Made by a program: the position numbers and the translations under genes | Part shown: piece after piece, positions 37,126-47,738 of the stretch | How positions within the stretch are numbered: the first letter of the stretch is position 1 | Layout of the letters: every line of letters begins with the position of its first letter | The notes under the pieces: model-generated | The model's database searches: none | What the model was told of the DNA's origin: nothing | The model's input: the letters and a program-made list of their open reading frames with translations, nothing else | NCBI GenBank assembly: GCA_963674825.1 | Contig: OY771587.1 | Span: 2,496,001 to 2,560,000, forward strand | Length of the DNA stretch: 64,000 nt | Origin: Candidatus Cloacimonadales bacterium | Lineage (GTDB): Bacteria; Cloacimonadota; Cloacimonadia; Cloacimonadales; JAIOQZ01 | Direction: 5' to 3'

Positions 37126-39396
37126 ATGAAAAGATTGCTTAGTGTGTTTATAATCATGTTTCTTCTTGGCTGCATCCTATACGCAGACTGGAATGAACAG
37201 AAGCTGGTTTCCAGCGATTTGGAGTTATACGACGGTTTTGGGTATGATGTCGCGATAGACGGCAACTTCGCAGTCGTTGGGGCATACAATGAGGGCGCGG
37301 ATTGGTCAGCTTATGGAGCTGCATACGTGTTCCAGAAAGTCGATGGTTCATGGACGCAGATGCAAAAATTAACTGCTTATGATGCTGATCTATACGACAT
37401 GATGGGATATGCCGTTGCCATTTCTGGTGACTATATCGCTGTCTCATGCTATATGGACGACGACAACGGGACAGATTCCGGTTCCGTGTATATTTTTCAT
37501 TTCAATGGATCTACTTGGGTATTTCACCAGAAACTGATCGGTACGGAGGTTGACGCCGGAGACCAGTTCGGTAATAGTTTATCGATGAATGGTAGTTATC
37601 TTGTCGTTGGCGCATTTGCTGATGCTACCGGTGGGACGAACATGGGTGCGGCTTATATCTTTGCTTTAAACGGTACGATCTGGACCCAGACAAACCGATT
37701 GACCGCATACGACGGAGAAGCCGGGGACAACTACGGCGTTGACGTTGGTATCGATGGCGACACGATAATAATTGGTTCTTCTGGCGATGATGATGTCGCA
37801 ATCACGGCTGGTGCCGCATATGTGTATATCAATTCAGGAAGGGGTTGGAACTTTCAGACAAAGATTCTACCGGTTGGGCTTGGATACAACAGTGCATTTG
37901 GCAAAAAACTGAGCTTATCCGGCGATTTTGCAGCCTTCGGTATTGATACAGATGACACATATGCGATAAATGCCGGTTCTGTACATATCTGGCATCGAAA
38001 CGGTACCGCTTGGAGTCACTATGCAGTTCTGTATGCGGATGTTCCAGGAGAAAGCTACAATTTCGGTTCCGATGTAGCGATCGATGGTAATTATCTCGTC
38101 GTGGGTGAATGGGAAGATGAACTAGAAGGTACATTATCCGGTTCTGCGTTTATTTTCAACTACAACAACTCACAATGGACACAGGTAAAGAAATTATACT
38201 CTGCGGATGGATCATACAATTCATGCTTCGGGTATGCTGTTGCTATAAGTGACAAAAGCGTCCTCATCGGGGCATTTGGTCAGACGACCGGAACACTAGA
38301 ATATTCCGGTGCTGCATATGCATACGAAGGGCCAGCTGCCGGTACCGGCAATGACAGTGGAACGCCTGGTGATGACGAATCGCTTCAGGTCAATGTCGAG
38401 CCGCTTGATGCCTACGACTACGACGGTGGTGGTGCGGTGGTGGTCGATCCCAATGTCGATATCAATCCGGACGAACCCGGCGCAACAATCACTGTAGATA
38501 TTGTCGTTACAATCGGAAACAATGACGTGTATGTCCCTGTGAATGCTTGCCTTACATATGATGTGTCCGTCTTTGGCACGAATCAGCAGGTTGAGGTTGT
38601 TCTTCATTTTGACGGGCTGCCTTTTGCCCCGGATGAACTGGTTTGGGATAATGAAGGAACCTGGCAGACGGTAAGCGGTGTAACCTGGGATTATCTCGCG
38701 GAAACTGCGACCTTCTACTGGACGTTCGTCGGCCCGATTCGAGATGGTGCGGAAACTTTCGTTATGAACGAAGGCGATGGCTCTACTTTGCCAGTGGAAT
38801 TGAGCAGCTTCATGGCGAGTGTGACCAACAGCAACACCGTTATGATTGAGTGGACAACCCAGTCAGAATCGGATATGATGGGTTATTATATCATGCGTAG
38901 CGATCATGATGATATCGAAGAAGCAAGCTTCCTCAATTCCTCGCTCATTCCAGCTCAGAATAGCAGCATGCAGACCGATTATCAGTTCGAAGATATCGAA
39001 GTTACAGCCAACCAGACCTATCGCTACTGGTTGCAATCGATCGATTACAGTGGCTCAGTGAGTTTCTTTGGTCCGGTTATCTGCACGGTGACACCGGGAG
39101 AGGAAGATCCTGACGCTCCGGATGTCGAGATGATTACAAGCCTTCGTGGCAATTTCCCGAATCCTTTCAATCCCAGCACCACGGTTAGTTTCAGCCTTGC
39201 AAAAGACTGTGACGTAACGATCGATGTATTCAACGTTCGTGGTCAGAAGGTTGAAACGCTTGCTTATAACGCTCCAATGGCAGCCGGAGACCATAGTATT
39301 CTGTGGGATGCTGTCGATATGGGAAGTGGTGTTTACTATGTGCGACTAACCGTAGCTGGAGAAACGTTCATCCATAAAATGATGCTGATTAAATAG
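37126..39396 (+). CDS. Secreted FG-GAP beta-propeller protein with T9SS-type C-terminal domain
   Basis: Repeats FG..VAI.G..AVVGA; LPVELSSF; NFPNPFNP..KMMLIK. Confidence 0.85.
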   Translation: MKRLLSVFIIMFLLGCILYADWNEQKLVSSDLELYDGFGYDVAIDGNFAVVGAYNEGADWSAYGAAYVFQKVDGSWTQMQKLTAYDADLYDMMGYAVAISGDYIAVSCYMDDDNGTDSGSVYIFHFNGSTWVFHQKLIGTEVDAGDQFGNSLSMNGSYLVVGAFADATGGTNMGAAYIFALNGTIWTQTNRLTAYDGEAGDNYGVDVGIDGDTIIIGSSGDDDVAITAGAAYVYINSGRGWNFQTKILPVGLGYNSAFGKKLSLSGDFAAFGIDTDDTYAINAGSVHIWHRNGTAWSHYAVLYADVPGESYNFGSDVAIDGNYLVVGEWEDELEGTLSGSAFIFNYNNSQWTQVKKLYSADGSYNSCFGYAVAISDKSVLIGAFGQTTGTLEYSGAAYAYEGPAAGTGNDSGTPGDDESLQVNVEPLDAYDYDGGGAVVVDPNVDINPDEPGATITVDIVVTIGNNDVYVPVNACLTYDVSVFGTNQQVEVVLHFDGLPFAPDELVWDNEGTWQTVSGVTWDYLAETATFYWTFVGPIRDGAETFVMNEGDGSTLPVELSSFMASVTNSNTVMIEWTTQSESDMMGYYIMRSDHDDIEEASFLNSSLIPAQNSSMQTDYQFEDIEVTANQTYRYWLQSIDYSGSVSFFGPVICTVTPGEEDPDAPDVEMITSLRGNFPNPFNPSTTVSFSLAKDCDVTIDVFNVRGQKVETLAYNAPMAAGDHSILWDAVDMGSGVYYVRLTVAGETFIHKMMLIK

Positions 39397-39429
39397 GCCA
39401 GCTAAGCTGAGCTTATAGAGCTACATTGG

Positions 39430-39460
39430 AAAGCCGGAAGTTTTTGCTTCCGGCTTTTAT
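39430..39460 (+). terminator. Intrinsic terminator
   Basis: AAAGCCGGAAG-tttttg-CTTCCGGCTTTT. Confidence 0.8.
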
Positions 39461-39517
39461 TATTCTCGCCTGAGAATGGTTGAGGAGTCTGCGGCGAATC
39501 AGAATTTCTGTTTTGTT

Positions 39518-39736
39518 CTACGATATTCGATAATATACAGCCGTGGAAGATTGCAACGGCTTACTGCATTTAGTGTGGATTTTTACCTCGAAAGGGCAGT
39601 TCTTCTCAATGGCACCACAATCGATGCAGTTGCTGGCATTGCTTTCCAGTTCGAGATAGTGCTGCTTCGCCAAGTTGTCTCCAACTTGAAAGAGGCCCAG
39701 GAACTTATGCACAATGGCGATCTCTTTTATGGTCAT
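39518..39736 (-). pseudogene. Remnant of the C-terminal 4Fe-4S domain of an aldo/keto reductase-like protein
   Basis: GDNLAKQHYLELESNASNCIDCGAIEKNCPFEVKI, one Cys lost, no N-terminal domain. Confidence 0.55.
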
Positions 39737-39737
39737 T

Positions 39738-40748
39738 TCAATCATCGAGTCTGATAAGTGTGTAATTCTGTGTTCCAAGGCCGAGTTGTTCGCTGTAATC
39801 GAGTTGATGATTGCCACTGACGTTATTTACGTCTAAAAAGGCGTCTTGGGTTTTAGCCGCTTCATTGACCATATCCAGGCTTGCTTTGTCGATTGACACA
39901 GGGTCGGTGGAGGCCATGATGCCGATATCGTGCACGAAAGGATCATGCGGATGCCCGAAGCAATCGCAGTCTTTCGATATATTGTTGATGAAGTTGATAT
40001 AGACCATGTTTGCGTTGTCCGCTACGCTTTTTGCGTACTCGGAGAGCTTCTCCATGAATAACTCTTTTTCCTCTTTGCGATCAGCCATTCTGAAGCATCC
40101 CTGGGGGCAGGCTGAAATGCACTTACCGCAGCCCACGCATTCAGCCGGATGTACACGTAACGGGTTAAGTGTGATTGCATCCGCAGCACAGCTCTCCAGG
40201 CACAGACCACAACTGATACAATTTTCAGGAGTTGTCTGCGGATAGTGTGAGCGATGCATGGCGTTCTTTCCCGAGCGGGAGGCCATTCCCATGGAGATGT
40301 TCTTGATAGCTCCTCCGAAGCCCGACATGACATGCCCTTTGAAATGAGTGCATACGATGTATGTGTCATAATCGTTTAAATGGGTTCCAACCCAGGCTTC
40401 ATTGATATGGCTGAAGCTGACTTCGAGGGGCATCTCGCCTTCGCTGTCGAGGATGTCGATCGGTGCGTAATCGAATCCGTGCTCTTTAGCCAGCGCGATG
40501 TGGCTTTCGGTCTTCTGGCGTCTTCCGGGGTAGATAATGTTCGTCTCGACAAACGTCGCGTTGGTCTGTCGCTGTAATTCTTTCAGAAAATCCGGCCGGA
40601 TATGATAGTGGTTACCATCTTCGCCGAAGTGAAGTTTGATGCCGACTTTGCCGGTAATGCTTTCGTTGATTTTCTCATATAACCGCATAACGGCTTCTGG
40701 ACTGAACTCGCGAGTAAAGTAAACGATTGCAGCGCGTTGCTCTTTCAT
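39738..40748 (-). CDS. DUF362 4Fe-4S protein, paralog 2
   Basis: KLHFGE, HFKGH..GFGGAIKN, two CxxCxxCxxxC motifs, DPVSID. Confidence 0.9.
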   Translation of the reverse strand: MKEQRAAIVYFTREFSPEAVMRLYEKINESITGKVGIKLHFGEDGNHYHIRPDFLKELQRQTNATFVETNIIYPGRRQKTESHIALAKEHGFDYAPIDILDSEGEMPLEVSFSHINEAWVGTHLNDYDTYIVCTHFKGHVMSGFGGAIKNISMGMASRSGKNAMHRSHYPQTTPENCISCGLCLESCAADAITLNPLRVHPAECVGCGKCISACPQGCFRMADRKEEKELFMEKLSEYAKSVADNANMVYINFINNISKDCDCFGHPHDPFVHDIGIMASTDPVSIDKASLDMVNEAAKTQDAFLDVNNVSGNHQLDYSEQLGLGTQNYTLIRLDD

Positions 40749-40804
40749 ACTACCTTCCTGATAGGCTTGTGATGTGCGTTTAAAATCCATATGTGCCGGC
40801 ATGG

Positions 40805-41932
40805 CTATTTATTGAGCTCTACCAGCGTGTATTGCTGCGTTCCCAGCCCGATTTTCTCACCGTAAGTAAGTTGGTGGTTTCCACTCACACGATTGACTTT
40901 CAAGAATGCGTCATCGGAACCGACTGCTTTATTTACCATGTCGAGGCAAGCCTTATCAAGCGCAACAGGATCGGTCGATGCCAGAATGCCGATGTCGTGA
41001 ACGAAAGGATCGTGCGGATGTGAGGAGCAGTCGCAATCGGGGGAGACGTTGTTGATAAAATTGATGTAGACCATGTTGGTGTTTTCAGATATCCCTTTGG
41101 CGTATTCGGAGAGTTTTTCCATGAAGTACAGGCTGCCTTTCTGATCTGCGACAGCAAAGCATTTTTGCGGGCAAACCGCGATGCATTTACCACAGCCCAC
41201 ACAGGCAGATGGCTTGACTCTTAGAGGATCCAGCGTGATGGCGTTGGTGGCACAGTTTTGCACGCAAAGGCCGCAATTGATACACTTTTCGGGATCTGTG
41301 AGCGGGTAGTGCGAGCGATGCATGGCTGTTTTACCGGAGAGCGATCCCATTCCCATGGAAATGTTCTTGATCGCGCCACCGAATCCCGCCATCATGTGTC
41401 CCTTGAAGTGGGAGACCATGATATAGGTATCGTAGTTGCTGAAGTGTGTGCCGACCCATACTTCGTTGAAGTGATTCATATCGGTGCGCACAGCCATCTC
41501 GCCTTCGCTGTCGAGAATGTCGATCGGTGCGTAACCGAATCCGTGTTCCTTGGCGAGCTCAATATGGCTGTCCGCCGATTGCCGTGGTCCCGGGTAGAGT
41601 GTGTTGGTCTCGACGAATGTGGCGTTGGTCTTCTGCTGGAGTGCTTTTAGAAGTTCCGGGCGAACATAGTACTTATTACCGTCTTCACCGAAATGAACCT
41701 TGATGCCTACTTTGCCTGTCACGTTTCCATTGATCTTCTCATAGAGTCGCATGACACCCTCGGAGCTGATGTCGCTGGTGAAGTAAACAATTGCCGGCTT
41801 TTGCTCTTTTACAGGTTCCTTCTGAAATGCGCTGAGATTGACGATATGGAAAAGCCCGATTGCGAAGCAGACCGATAGTACGATCCAGAATGCGGGTCGG
41901 TGATAAAGATTTTGCACAAAACGAAGACGCAT
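40805..41932 (-). CDS. DUF362 4Fe-4S protein, paralog 1 with N-terminal TM/signal
   Basis: GGAGGAG RBS; same motifs as the downstream paralog. Confidence 0.9.
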   Translation of the reverse strand: MRLRFVQNLYHRPAFWIVLSVCFAIGLFHIVNLSAFQKEPVKEQKPAIVYFTSDISSEGVMRLYEKINGNVTGKVGIKVHFGEDGNKYYVRPELLKALQQKTNATFVETNTLYPGPRQSADSHIELAKEHGFGYAPIDILDSEGEMAVRTDMNHFNEVWVGTHFSNYDTYIMVSHFKGHMMAGFGGAIKNISMGMGSLSGKTAMHRSHYPLTDPEKCINCGLCVQNCATNAITLDPLRVKPSACVGCGKCIAVCPQKCFAVADQKGSLYFMEKLSEYAKGISENTNMVYINFINNVSPDCDCSSHPHDPFVHDIGILASTDPVALDKACLDMVNKAVGSDDAFLKVNRVSGNHQLTYGEKIGLGTQQYTLVELNK

Positions 41933-42066
41933 AACTCCTCCCGGTATTGTTGTTGATTCTGTGAACTGATCTGAAGCCATTGATCGATAACGTTCTGAGC
42001 GTTGATACTGTAGAGAACGATGGCAACAGCGATAACAGCAAGTGCGCTGAGAATGATTTTTTTCAT
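41809..42066 (-). CDS. Short exported peptide or gene remnant
   Basis: Clear signal peptide MKKIILSALAVIAVAIVLYSINA; 3' end overlaps the DUF362 gene. Confidence 0.35.
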   Translation of the reverse strand: MKKIILSALAVIAVAIVLYSINAQNVIDQWLQISSQNQQQYREELCVFVLCKIFITDPHSGSYYRSASQSGFSISSISAHFRRNL

Positions 42067-42087
42067 TGATCAGGCCCCTTCTGCTAA

Positions 42088-43026
42088 TTATTGGCTGTCA
42101 CTCGAGATTTGAAGGATATTGCGGATGTCCCGCATGGGCGGTGCGCCGAAGAGGCGACTGTATTCCCTGCTGAACTGCGAAGCGCTTTCGTATCCAACTT
42201 CTATCGATGCGCTGGCGGCGTCCATCCTTTCCATCAGCATCAGGTGACGTGCTTTGTGCAGGCGGAGCCATTTCTGGTATTGAAGCGGTGTCATGGTGGT
42301 GACAGTGCGAAAGTGGTGGTGAAAGCTCGATACGCTCATCCCAATATCGCTGGAGAGATCTTCGATGCGGAACGCTTGTGTGTAATTTTCCTTCAGCCAT
42401 TCGATCGCACGCGCGATCTGATGCCCATGGCTTCCTGCCGTTGCCATCTGACGAAGGCGTGGTCCCTGGTCGCTCATCAGAAGGCGATAGATGATCTCTT
42501 TTTGAGCCAGCGGTGCTAATAGAGGGATGCTTTCCGGTTCGTCCAGCAAATCGACAAGTCGCTGGAATGCTTTGATCAGCGGTGCGTTTACCTGGGTGAT
42601 AGCCATTCCAGGTCCGATCTTGACCTGCTTCGGTTTGGGAAGGTTTTCTTTGATGATCATCTGCGACACTTCGTTCAGGTCGAGCGTGAAAACCAGGCCG
42701 AGGCATGGTTTCTTCCAGCTCGCCTCAACAACCTGTGAGATTGTCGGCAGGTTGACCGATGTCAGCAGAAAGTGCTCAGAATTGTAAGTATAAGCTTCAT
42801 CTCCCAGCACAACACGCTTTGCGCCTTGGGTAATCAGGCAAACACTTGGGGCATACATACCGGTTGACGGTTCCGTCGGTTTTGTGTATCGGAATGCTGC
42901 CAGATCAGGAATCCTGGTATTGATGAAATCTTCTGATCGCAGTGTTTTCAAAATGCTTTCAGACAAGTTCTTTCTCTCAATCTCGCACAATGCAAGCTCT
43001 GGTATCTCATACGACATATTTTGCAT
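42088..43026 (-). CDS. AraC-family regulator (YqhC-like, AraC_N domain)
   Basis: PSVCLITQGAKRV; MSVSSFHHHF..MTPLQYQK; VGYESASQFSREYSRLFG. Confidence 0.93.
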   Translation of the reverse strand: MQNMSYEIPELALCEIERKNLSESILKTLRSEDFINTRIPDLAAFRYTKPTEPSTGMYAPSVCLITQGAKRVVLGDEAYTYNSEHFLLTSVNLPTISQVVEASWKKPCLGLVFTLDLNEVSQMIIKENLPKPKQVKIGPGMAITQVNAPLIKAFQRLVDLLDEPESIPLLAPLAQKEIIYRLLMSDQGPRLRQMATAGSHGHQIARAIEWLKENYTQAFRIEDLSSDIGMSVSSFHHHFRTVTTMTPLQYQKWLRLHKARHLMLMERMDAASASIEVGYESASQFSREYSRLFGAPPMRDIRNILQISSDSQ

Positions 43027-43118
43027 ATTCGTTTGAACCCCCTTCCTTGATTCAATACGTATTACGAAGATACATTACAGAACGTGCAAATCGCAAGCAA
43101 GCATTATTTTACACCTAT

Positions 43119-43154
43119 TGCAGGATCAGGCAATAATCAAATAGGATCGGTCTA
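43119..43154 (+). promoter_or_regulatory. Candidate AraC-binding direct repeat
   Basis: AGGATCAGGCAA and AGGATCGGTCTA 21 bp apart, upstream of the divergent gene remnant. Confidence 0.55.
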
Positions 43155-43199
43155 ACACCCGTTGTTTTTTTTGAATAAACTATCTACGGGATCAAAATT

Positions 43200-43480
43200 G
43201 AATGGTGTTTGCAATGATCCGAAGAGAAATTTTCATCGCTGTAATGGCTCTGGCATTAGTTGTTCCGTATTATTTCCATACAGATTCTCCGGAAAAGACC
43301 GATTCAGGGTCCTTAGTCCTGAGATAAGAAACGCAGAAAGAGATGAAGGCCGGTCCCGAAAACTTCACTGGAGACGTGGTCGTTTCAATGTTGCACACCC
43401 TACAGAAAACACGCATGTTCTTGCAGCAAATGTTACATTTCGATCCGGTCTTGAACATAGATACGGCATGCTCAGCTGAT
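43200..43480 (+). pseudogene. Decayed cupin-like gene
   Basis: Fragments GPENFTGDVVVSML and NVTF in different frames. Confidence 0.45.
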
Positions 43481-43842
43481 TTTATTTCCAGAATCACAAA
43501 AAACTACTCAAGCATTGGGTGCAGTTTTTATCTTCTAGGTCACGGACACTCATCAGAAATCGTTGTTTCTTATAATAAAAATAGTGAATAATGCTCAAAT
43601 AAGTTTTTCTGAAAGAATCAATTAGCGAATTATTGCCCTGGAAATCATCATTGACGAGAACCCCTAAAAGAGAAAAATCAAGAATGTAAATTTTTTATGA
43701 ACAAACACATCTTTCGTACTCTTTTTCTTGTCGGCTCCGGTTTTTTTTCTTTACTGAATATCACGCAATGCTATGATAAGACTATGGATTCGACTTTTCA
43801 TGTCGAAATGAATTCAGATAAAACATTACTGAGGGAGAGAAT

Positions 43843-46800
43843 ATGAAAGCAAGATTGTTTGTTGTGATCTTAGCGCTTCTGTCACTGCATGTGAGTGCGG
43901 TTGTGCTCTTTGAAGAAAACTTTTCTGGCGATGTCTGGTCGGAATGGTCGAGGATTGGTGCCAATAATGGTCAGAACTGGATTATCTTTGGTTCCGACAA
44001 TGCCGGTGGATCATCCCCGGAAGCCCGTTTCCAATACGATCCAAGAATCGTTGGAGAACAGGAACTGATCAGTCCGAGTATCGATACATCCAAGTATCGG
44101 GATTTGAGCCTCACGTTCAAGTATATGGTCGATCATTTTGCAAACGGTGCATATACTGTCGGTGTAAAGGTCTATGGCTCTGATGGATCTGAAACCGTTC
44201 TCTGGAGTACTACTCCAGTGGGGAATATAACAGCGTCAGAGATGACGGTAGTCATAGATGACTCCATTGTCGATACAGACGATTTCACTATTTCGTTTTT
44301 CTTCTCGGGTGATTCATACTACATTGATTTCTTCTTCGTGGATGATGTCGTATTGGAAGCAGATGAGCAGCTTCTTTATGGTACCTACAATAATGGTGAC
44401 GAGCTGCACGTTCAGGCTGAAGCATCGGTCCCGGTCGGAGAAACGCTGATCCTCAATCCTGGATCATCTGTGCTCTACGATGGAGAATTCAATATTACGG
44501 TTGAAGGCGATATTATTGCAGCCGGTAGCGAAGTGACACCTGTCATGTTCTCGCCTGCTGTCGCTGGTTACCATACCGGCCATTTCGTGTTCTACAACCA
44601 TAATTCGGGCGGTACATCATTCGATTGGTGTGTATTCGACGGTTTATCCCTCAATACGAACGATCCATTTGATGGTGTTGGACCGGTAGCGGTTCTTTAC
44701 AACGCGTACGATATAACCTTCTCAAACTGCACGTTCTCGAATAACACAACGTTGGGCGCTGGAGGCGCTGTTGGACTCTTGTTGTCCGAAATCTCATTTA
44801 TCGACTGTAAATTTATGCACAACTCAGCACCAGGATTTGGTGGCGCTACATATTTAGGCTATTCAACCATCAATTACAACCATTGCCTTTTTGCTGATAA
44901 CTCAGCACAAGCCGGCAGTGTAATATACTGCGATAGCGATGGAGAACTCAATCTAACGAATTGTACCTTCACCGAGAATACAGATCCGCTGTATGGTACG
45001 GATATCTTATCGTATTCGAATTCCTCGGATGTCATCGACATCAACATAGAAAACACAGTTTGGTGGAATAGTAGCCCATACTTCATCAGAAGCGATGATT
45101 CGGGCACAACAAATGTCGATGCAGTTTATTGCAACTTGGCGAATCTTTCTGGAATCGTTGGAACGAACCTCAATCTGACTACGGAAAATATAATCTCAGC
45201 TGATCCGCTCTGGGACGCATATTATGCTCCGACCTGGAGCTCCTATCCTGCTCGAGACGAGTATCGTTCGCCTCTGATCGATGCCGGTGATCCTGAGAGT
45301 GATCCGGATGGAGATAACACGGTGTCCGATATAGGTTATACGTATTACGATCAGGGCCCGCATGTGATGGGAGAAGTTTCAGGAATATGGTCTGCATCGC
45401 AAAGCCCGTACAAAATTGGTGGGCCAGTTCTTGTTCCCATCGGATCGACACTTACTATCGAGCCCGGCGTGGAAGTCCTGTATAACGGGCCGTGGGTACT
45501 TACTGTGCAAGGTGCAATCGAAGCGAACGGTACCGATAGCGATCGCATCAGCTTCGGTCCTGTTGTTCCGGGTGTCGAGACCGGTAACATTTTTCTCGAT
45601 TCGAACGTTCCGGGTTCCAGTACTTTCAACGCCTGCGATTTCACCGGATTTAACTTGAGCTCAGATGACTTGTCATACAGTCATGGTGCTGCCATTGAGG
45701 CATATCTGTCGTATGATATCACCATCTCGAATTGTAACTTCACCGATAATTTCTCGGATGATGAAGGTGGAGCATTAGCATTGGTCGTTTCCAGTGCAAT
45801 GATTTCCGACTGTACTTTCACCGGAAATGCATCGACCAATCTGGGCGGCGCGATTTTCACTCAACGTTCTGATGTGGACCTTATTCGTTGTCTGTTCGCT
45901 GGTAACAGCTCACAGGCCGGAACATCCATATACTTCGGGCACAGCACGCAAAGTTCGATCACAAACTGTACTTTTGCCGATAATCATACGAATCTGTACG
46001 ATGGTGATCTATACTTGTATTGCCTTTCAGGATACCCAATGAACCTCACCGTTACAAATAGCGTTTGGTGGGATTGCGACAACACCTTCATTAAAAGCAG
46101 CGGTTCAGGGCACAGCACCGTGGATGTGTCTTATTGTGACCTTGAATACCCGTCTGGTTTTAGCGGTGCGAATATGACGTTGACTACCTCGAATATCAAC
46201 AATGAAGATCCGCTCTGGGATGATGATTATGCTCCAACATGGGCATCATGTCCGAATGAAGATGATAACAAATCTCCGCTGATCGACGCGGGAAACCTGG
46301 CATTCACCGACGAAGATGGTACAATTGCTGATATCGGTTATGTATACTTTGATCAGTCACGTCCGTTTATCGCGCATGTGAAGGATATCCCGGGTGATCA
46401 GGGGCATCAGGTTCAGGTGCTTTGGGCTGGAAGCTCGCATGACAGTAATTACGATTTTACAGCTTTCTACAGCTTGTGGAGACTCGACGATGTTGTACGC
46501 TCCAGCAACGATGTGATTTACGACAACGCGGAAGTCCTCATGGCGGCTGCTCAGTCAAGCTCACAGACGCTTTACCTGCGCCTCGATGACCAGTACTGGG
46601 CATTTATCGCGTCTATTCCGGCTACTTCCAGTGAGTTCTATATCTACAACGCACCGACGTTGGCCGACTCCTCCACAACCGGCACTCATGACGCGACCTT
46701 CATGGTTCGGCATCACCGCCAGGAAGGTCTGTGGACATCCGATACAGCTTTTGGGCATTCCGTCGATAATATCGCGCCGGATCGTGTGTCGCTTGTAACG

Positions 46801-47040
46801 ATCAGCTGCGTAGCTTCCATGATCGAGCTCGAGTGGTCCGCAGTTACATCCGGCAGTTACGAAGGTAACAGCTATCCGGAACTCAATGGTGTCTGGTATA
46901 AGGTATATGCCGGTTCCTCTCCAGATTTCGAGTGCAATCCGGACAGTTACCTCTTAACGACACAGGATCCTACTTCCGTATTCGATCCGGGAGCTGGGGA
47001 ACGTCTGTTTTTCAAGGTTATCGCCAGCGATCAACCGTAA
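43843..47040 (+). CDS. Large secreted protein: N-terminal jelly-roll, duplicated beta-helix modules, FN3-like C-terminus
   Basis: Signal peptide; two ~330-aa units ending DPLWD..YAPTW..SPLIDAG..DIGY.Y.DQ. Confidence 0.85.
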   Translation: MKARLFVVILALLSLHVSAVVLFEENFSGDVWSEWSRIGANNGQNWIIFGSDNAGGSSPEARFQYDPRIVGEQELISPSIDTSKYRDLSLTFKYMVDHFANGAYTVGVKVYGSDGSETVLWSTTPVGNITASEMTVVIDDSIVDTDDFTISFFFSGDSYYIDFFFVDDVVLEADEQLLYGTYNNGDELHVQAEASVPVGETLILNPGSSVLYDGEFNITVEGDIIAAGSEVTPVMFSPAVAGYHTGHFVFYNHNSGGTSFDWCVFDGLSLNTNDPFDGVGPVAVLYNAYDITFSNCTFSNNTTLGAGGAVGLLLSEISFIDCKFMHNSAPGFGGATYLGYSTINYNHCLFADNSAQAGSVIYCDSDGELNLTNCTFTENTDPLYGTDILSYSNSSDVIDINIENTVWWNSSPYFIRSDDSGTTNVDAVYCNLANLSGIVGTNLNLTTENIISADPLWDAYYAPTWSSYPARDEYRSPLIDAGDPESDPDGDNTVSDIGYTYYDQGPHVMGEVSGIWSASQSPYKIGGPVLVPIGSTLTIEPGVEVLYNGPWVLTVQGAIEANGTDSDRISFGPVVPGVETGNIFLDSNVPGSSTFNACDFTGFNLSSDDLSYSHGAAIEAYLSYDITISNCNFTDNFSDDEGGALALVVSSAMISDCTFTGNASTNLGGAIFTQRSDVDLIRCLFAGNSSQAGTSIYFGHSTQSSITNCTFADNHTNLYDGDLYLYCLSGYPMNLTVTNSVWWDCDNTFIKSSGSGHSTVDVSYCDLEYPSGFSGANMTLTTSNINNEDPLWDDDYAPTWASCPNEDDNKSPLIDAGNLAFTDEDGTIADIGYVYFDQSRPFIAHVKDIPGDQGHQVQVLWAGSSHDSNYDFTAFYSLWRLDDVVRSSNDVIYDNAEVLMAAAQSSSQTLYLRLDDQYWAFIASIPATSSEFYIYNAPTLADSSTTGTHDATFMVRHHRQEGLWTSDTAFGHSVDNIAPDRVSLVTISCVASMIELEWSAVTSGSYEGNSYPELNGVWYKVYAGSSPDFECNPDSYLLTTQDPTSVFDPGAGERLFFKVIASDQP

Positions 47041-47063
47041 TAGAGATTTCTGCCATACTACCC

Positions 47064-47096
47064 AAGCAGGCCGCATCCATTTGCGGTCTGCTTTTT
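47064..47096 (+). terminator. Intrinsic terminator
   Basis: AAGCAGGCCGCA..TGCGGTCTGCTTTTT. Confidence 0.8.
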
Positions 47097-47189
47097 ATTG
47101 GTAATCGTCAATAGCGATGAATGTAGATAACTCTGCTTGACATTTCCATTCGTTCTCGCGTTTCTAGCGGATCAAGAACCGGAGGAATT

Positions 47190-47738
47190 TTGGATACACA
47201 ACTTGTACGTCTCTACAACGACGAAACAATGCTGAAACAGTATTACCTGTGGCAATTGAACGAAGAGAACAGAGATCATTTCTGCTATACACCCGTAGGT
47301 AACGGAAAAATGCCATACACGGAAGAGGGATGGGAACGATTTCATGATGCAGCGCGCGAAAGATTGCTCAAGAAAGCCTACGTAGAGATGCTGCAAAACA
47401 GGGAGACTGGTGATTATCTTGGCTGGATCAGCCTTCAATCTTACAACATGCGCAACCAGTGCGCGGAAATAAGCTATTACATGCCACCTGAGCATCGCGG
47501 AAAGGGTCTTGGCTCAATCATGATCGATCATTTTCTACGCAAAGTTTTTTCGGATGACTTCTTCTGGTCATTGCATTCAATCATCGCGGAGACAGGTGAC
47601 TTCAACACGCCGTCCATACGTATCCTCGAAAAAGCCGGTTTCAAGCTCGACGGTCGTGTACGCGACCACTATTTTCTGAACGACACATTCCACGACCAGC
47701 TAATCTTCACGCTTCTCAAGTCCGAGTTCAATAAATAG
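47190..47738 (+). CDS. RimJ/RimL-type GNAT acetyltransferase
   Basis: GGAGG RBS, TTG start; EISYY..HRGKGLGS, N.PSIRILEKAGF.LDG. Confidence 0.85.
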   Translation: MDTQLVRLYNDETMLKQYYLWQLNEENRDHFCYTPVGNGKMPYTEEGWERFHDAARERLLKKAYVEMLQNRETGDYLGWISLQSYNMRNQCAEISYYMPPEHRGKGLGSIMIDHFLRKVFSDDFFWSLHSIIAETGDFNTPSIRILEKAGFKLDGRVRDHYFLNDTFHDQLIFTLLKSEFNK

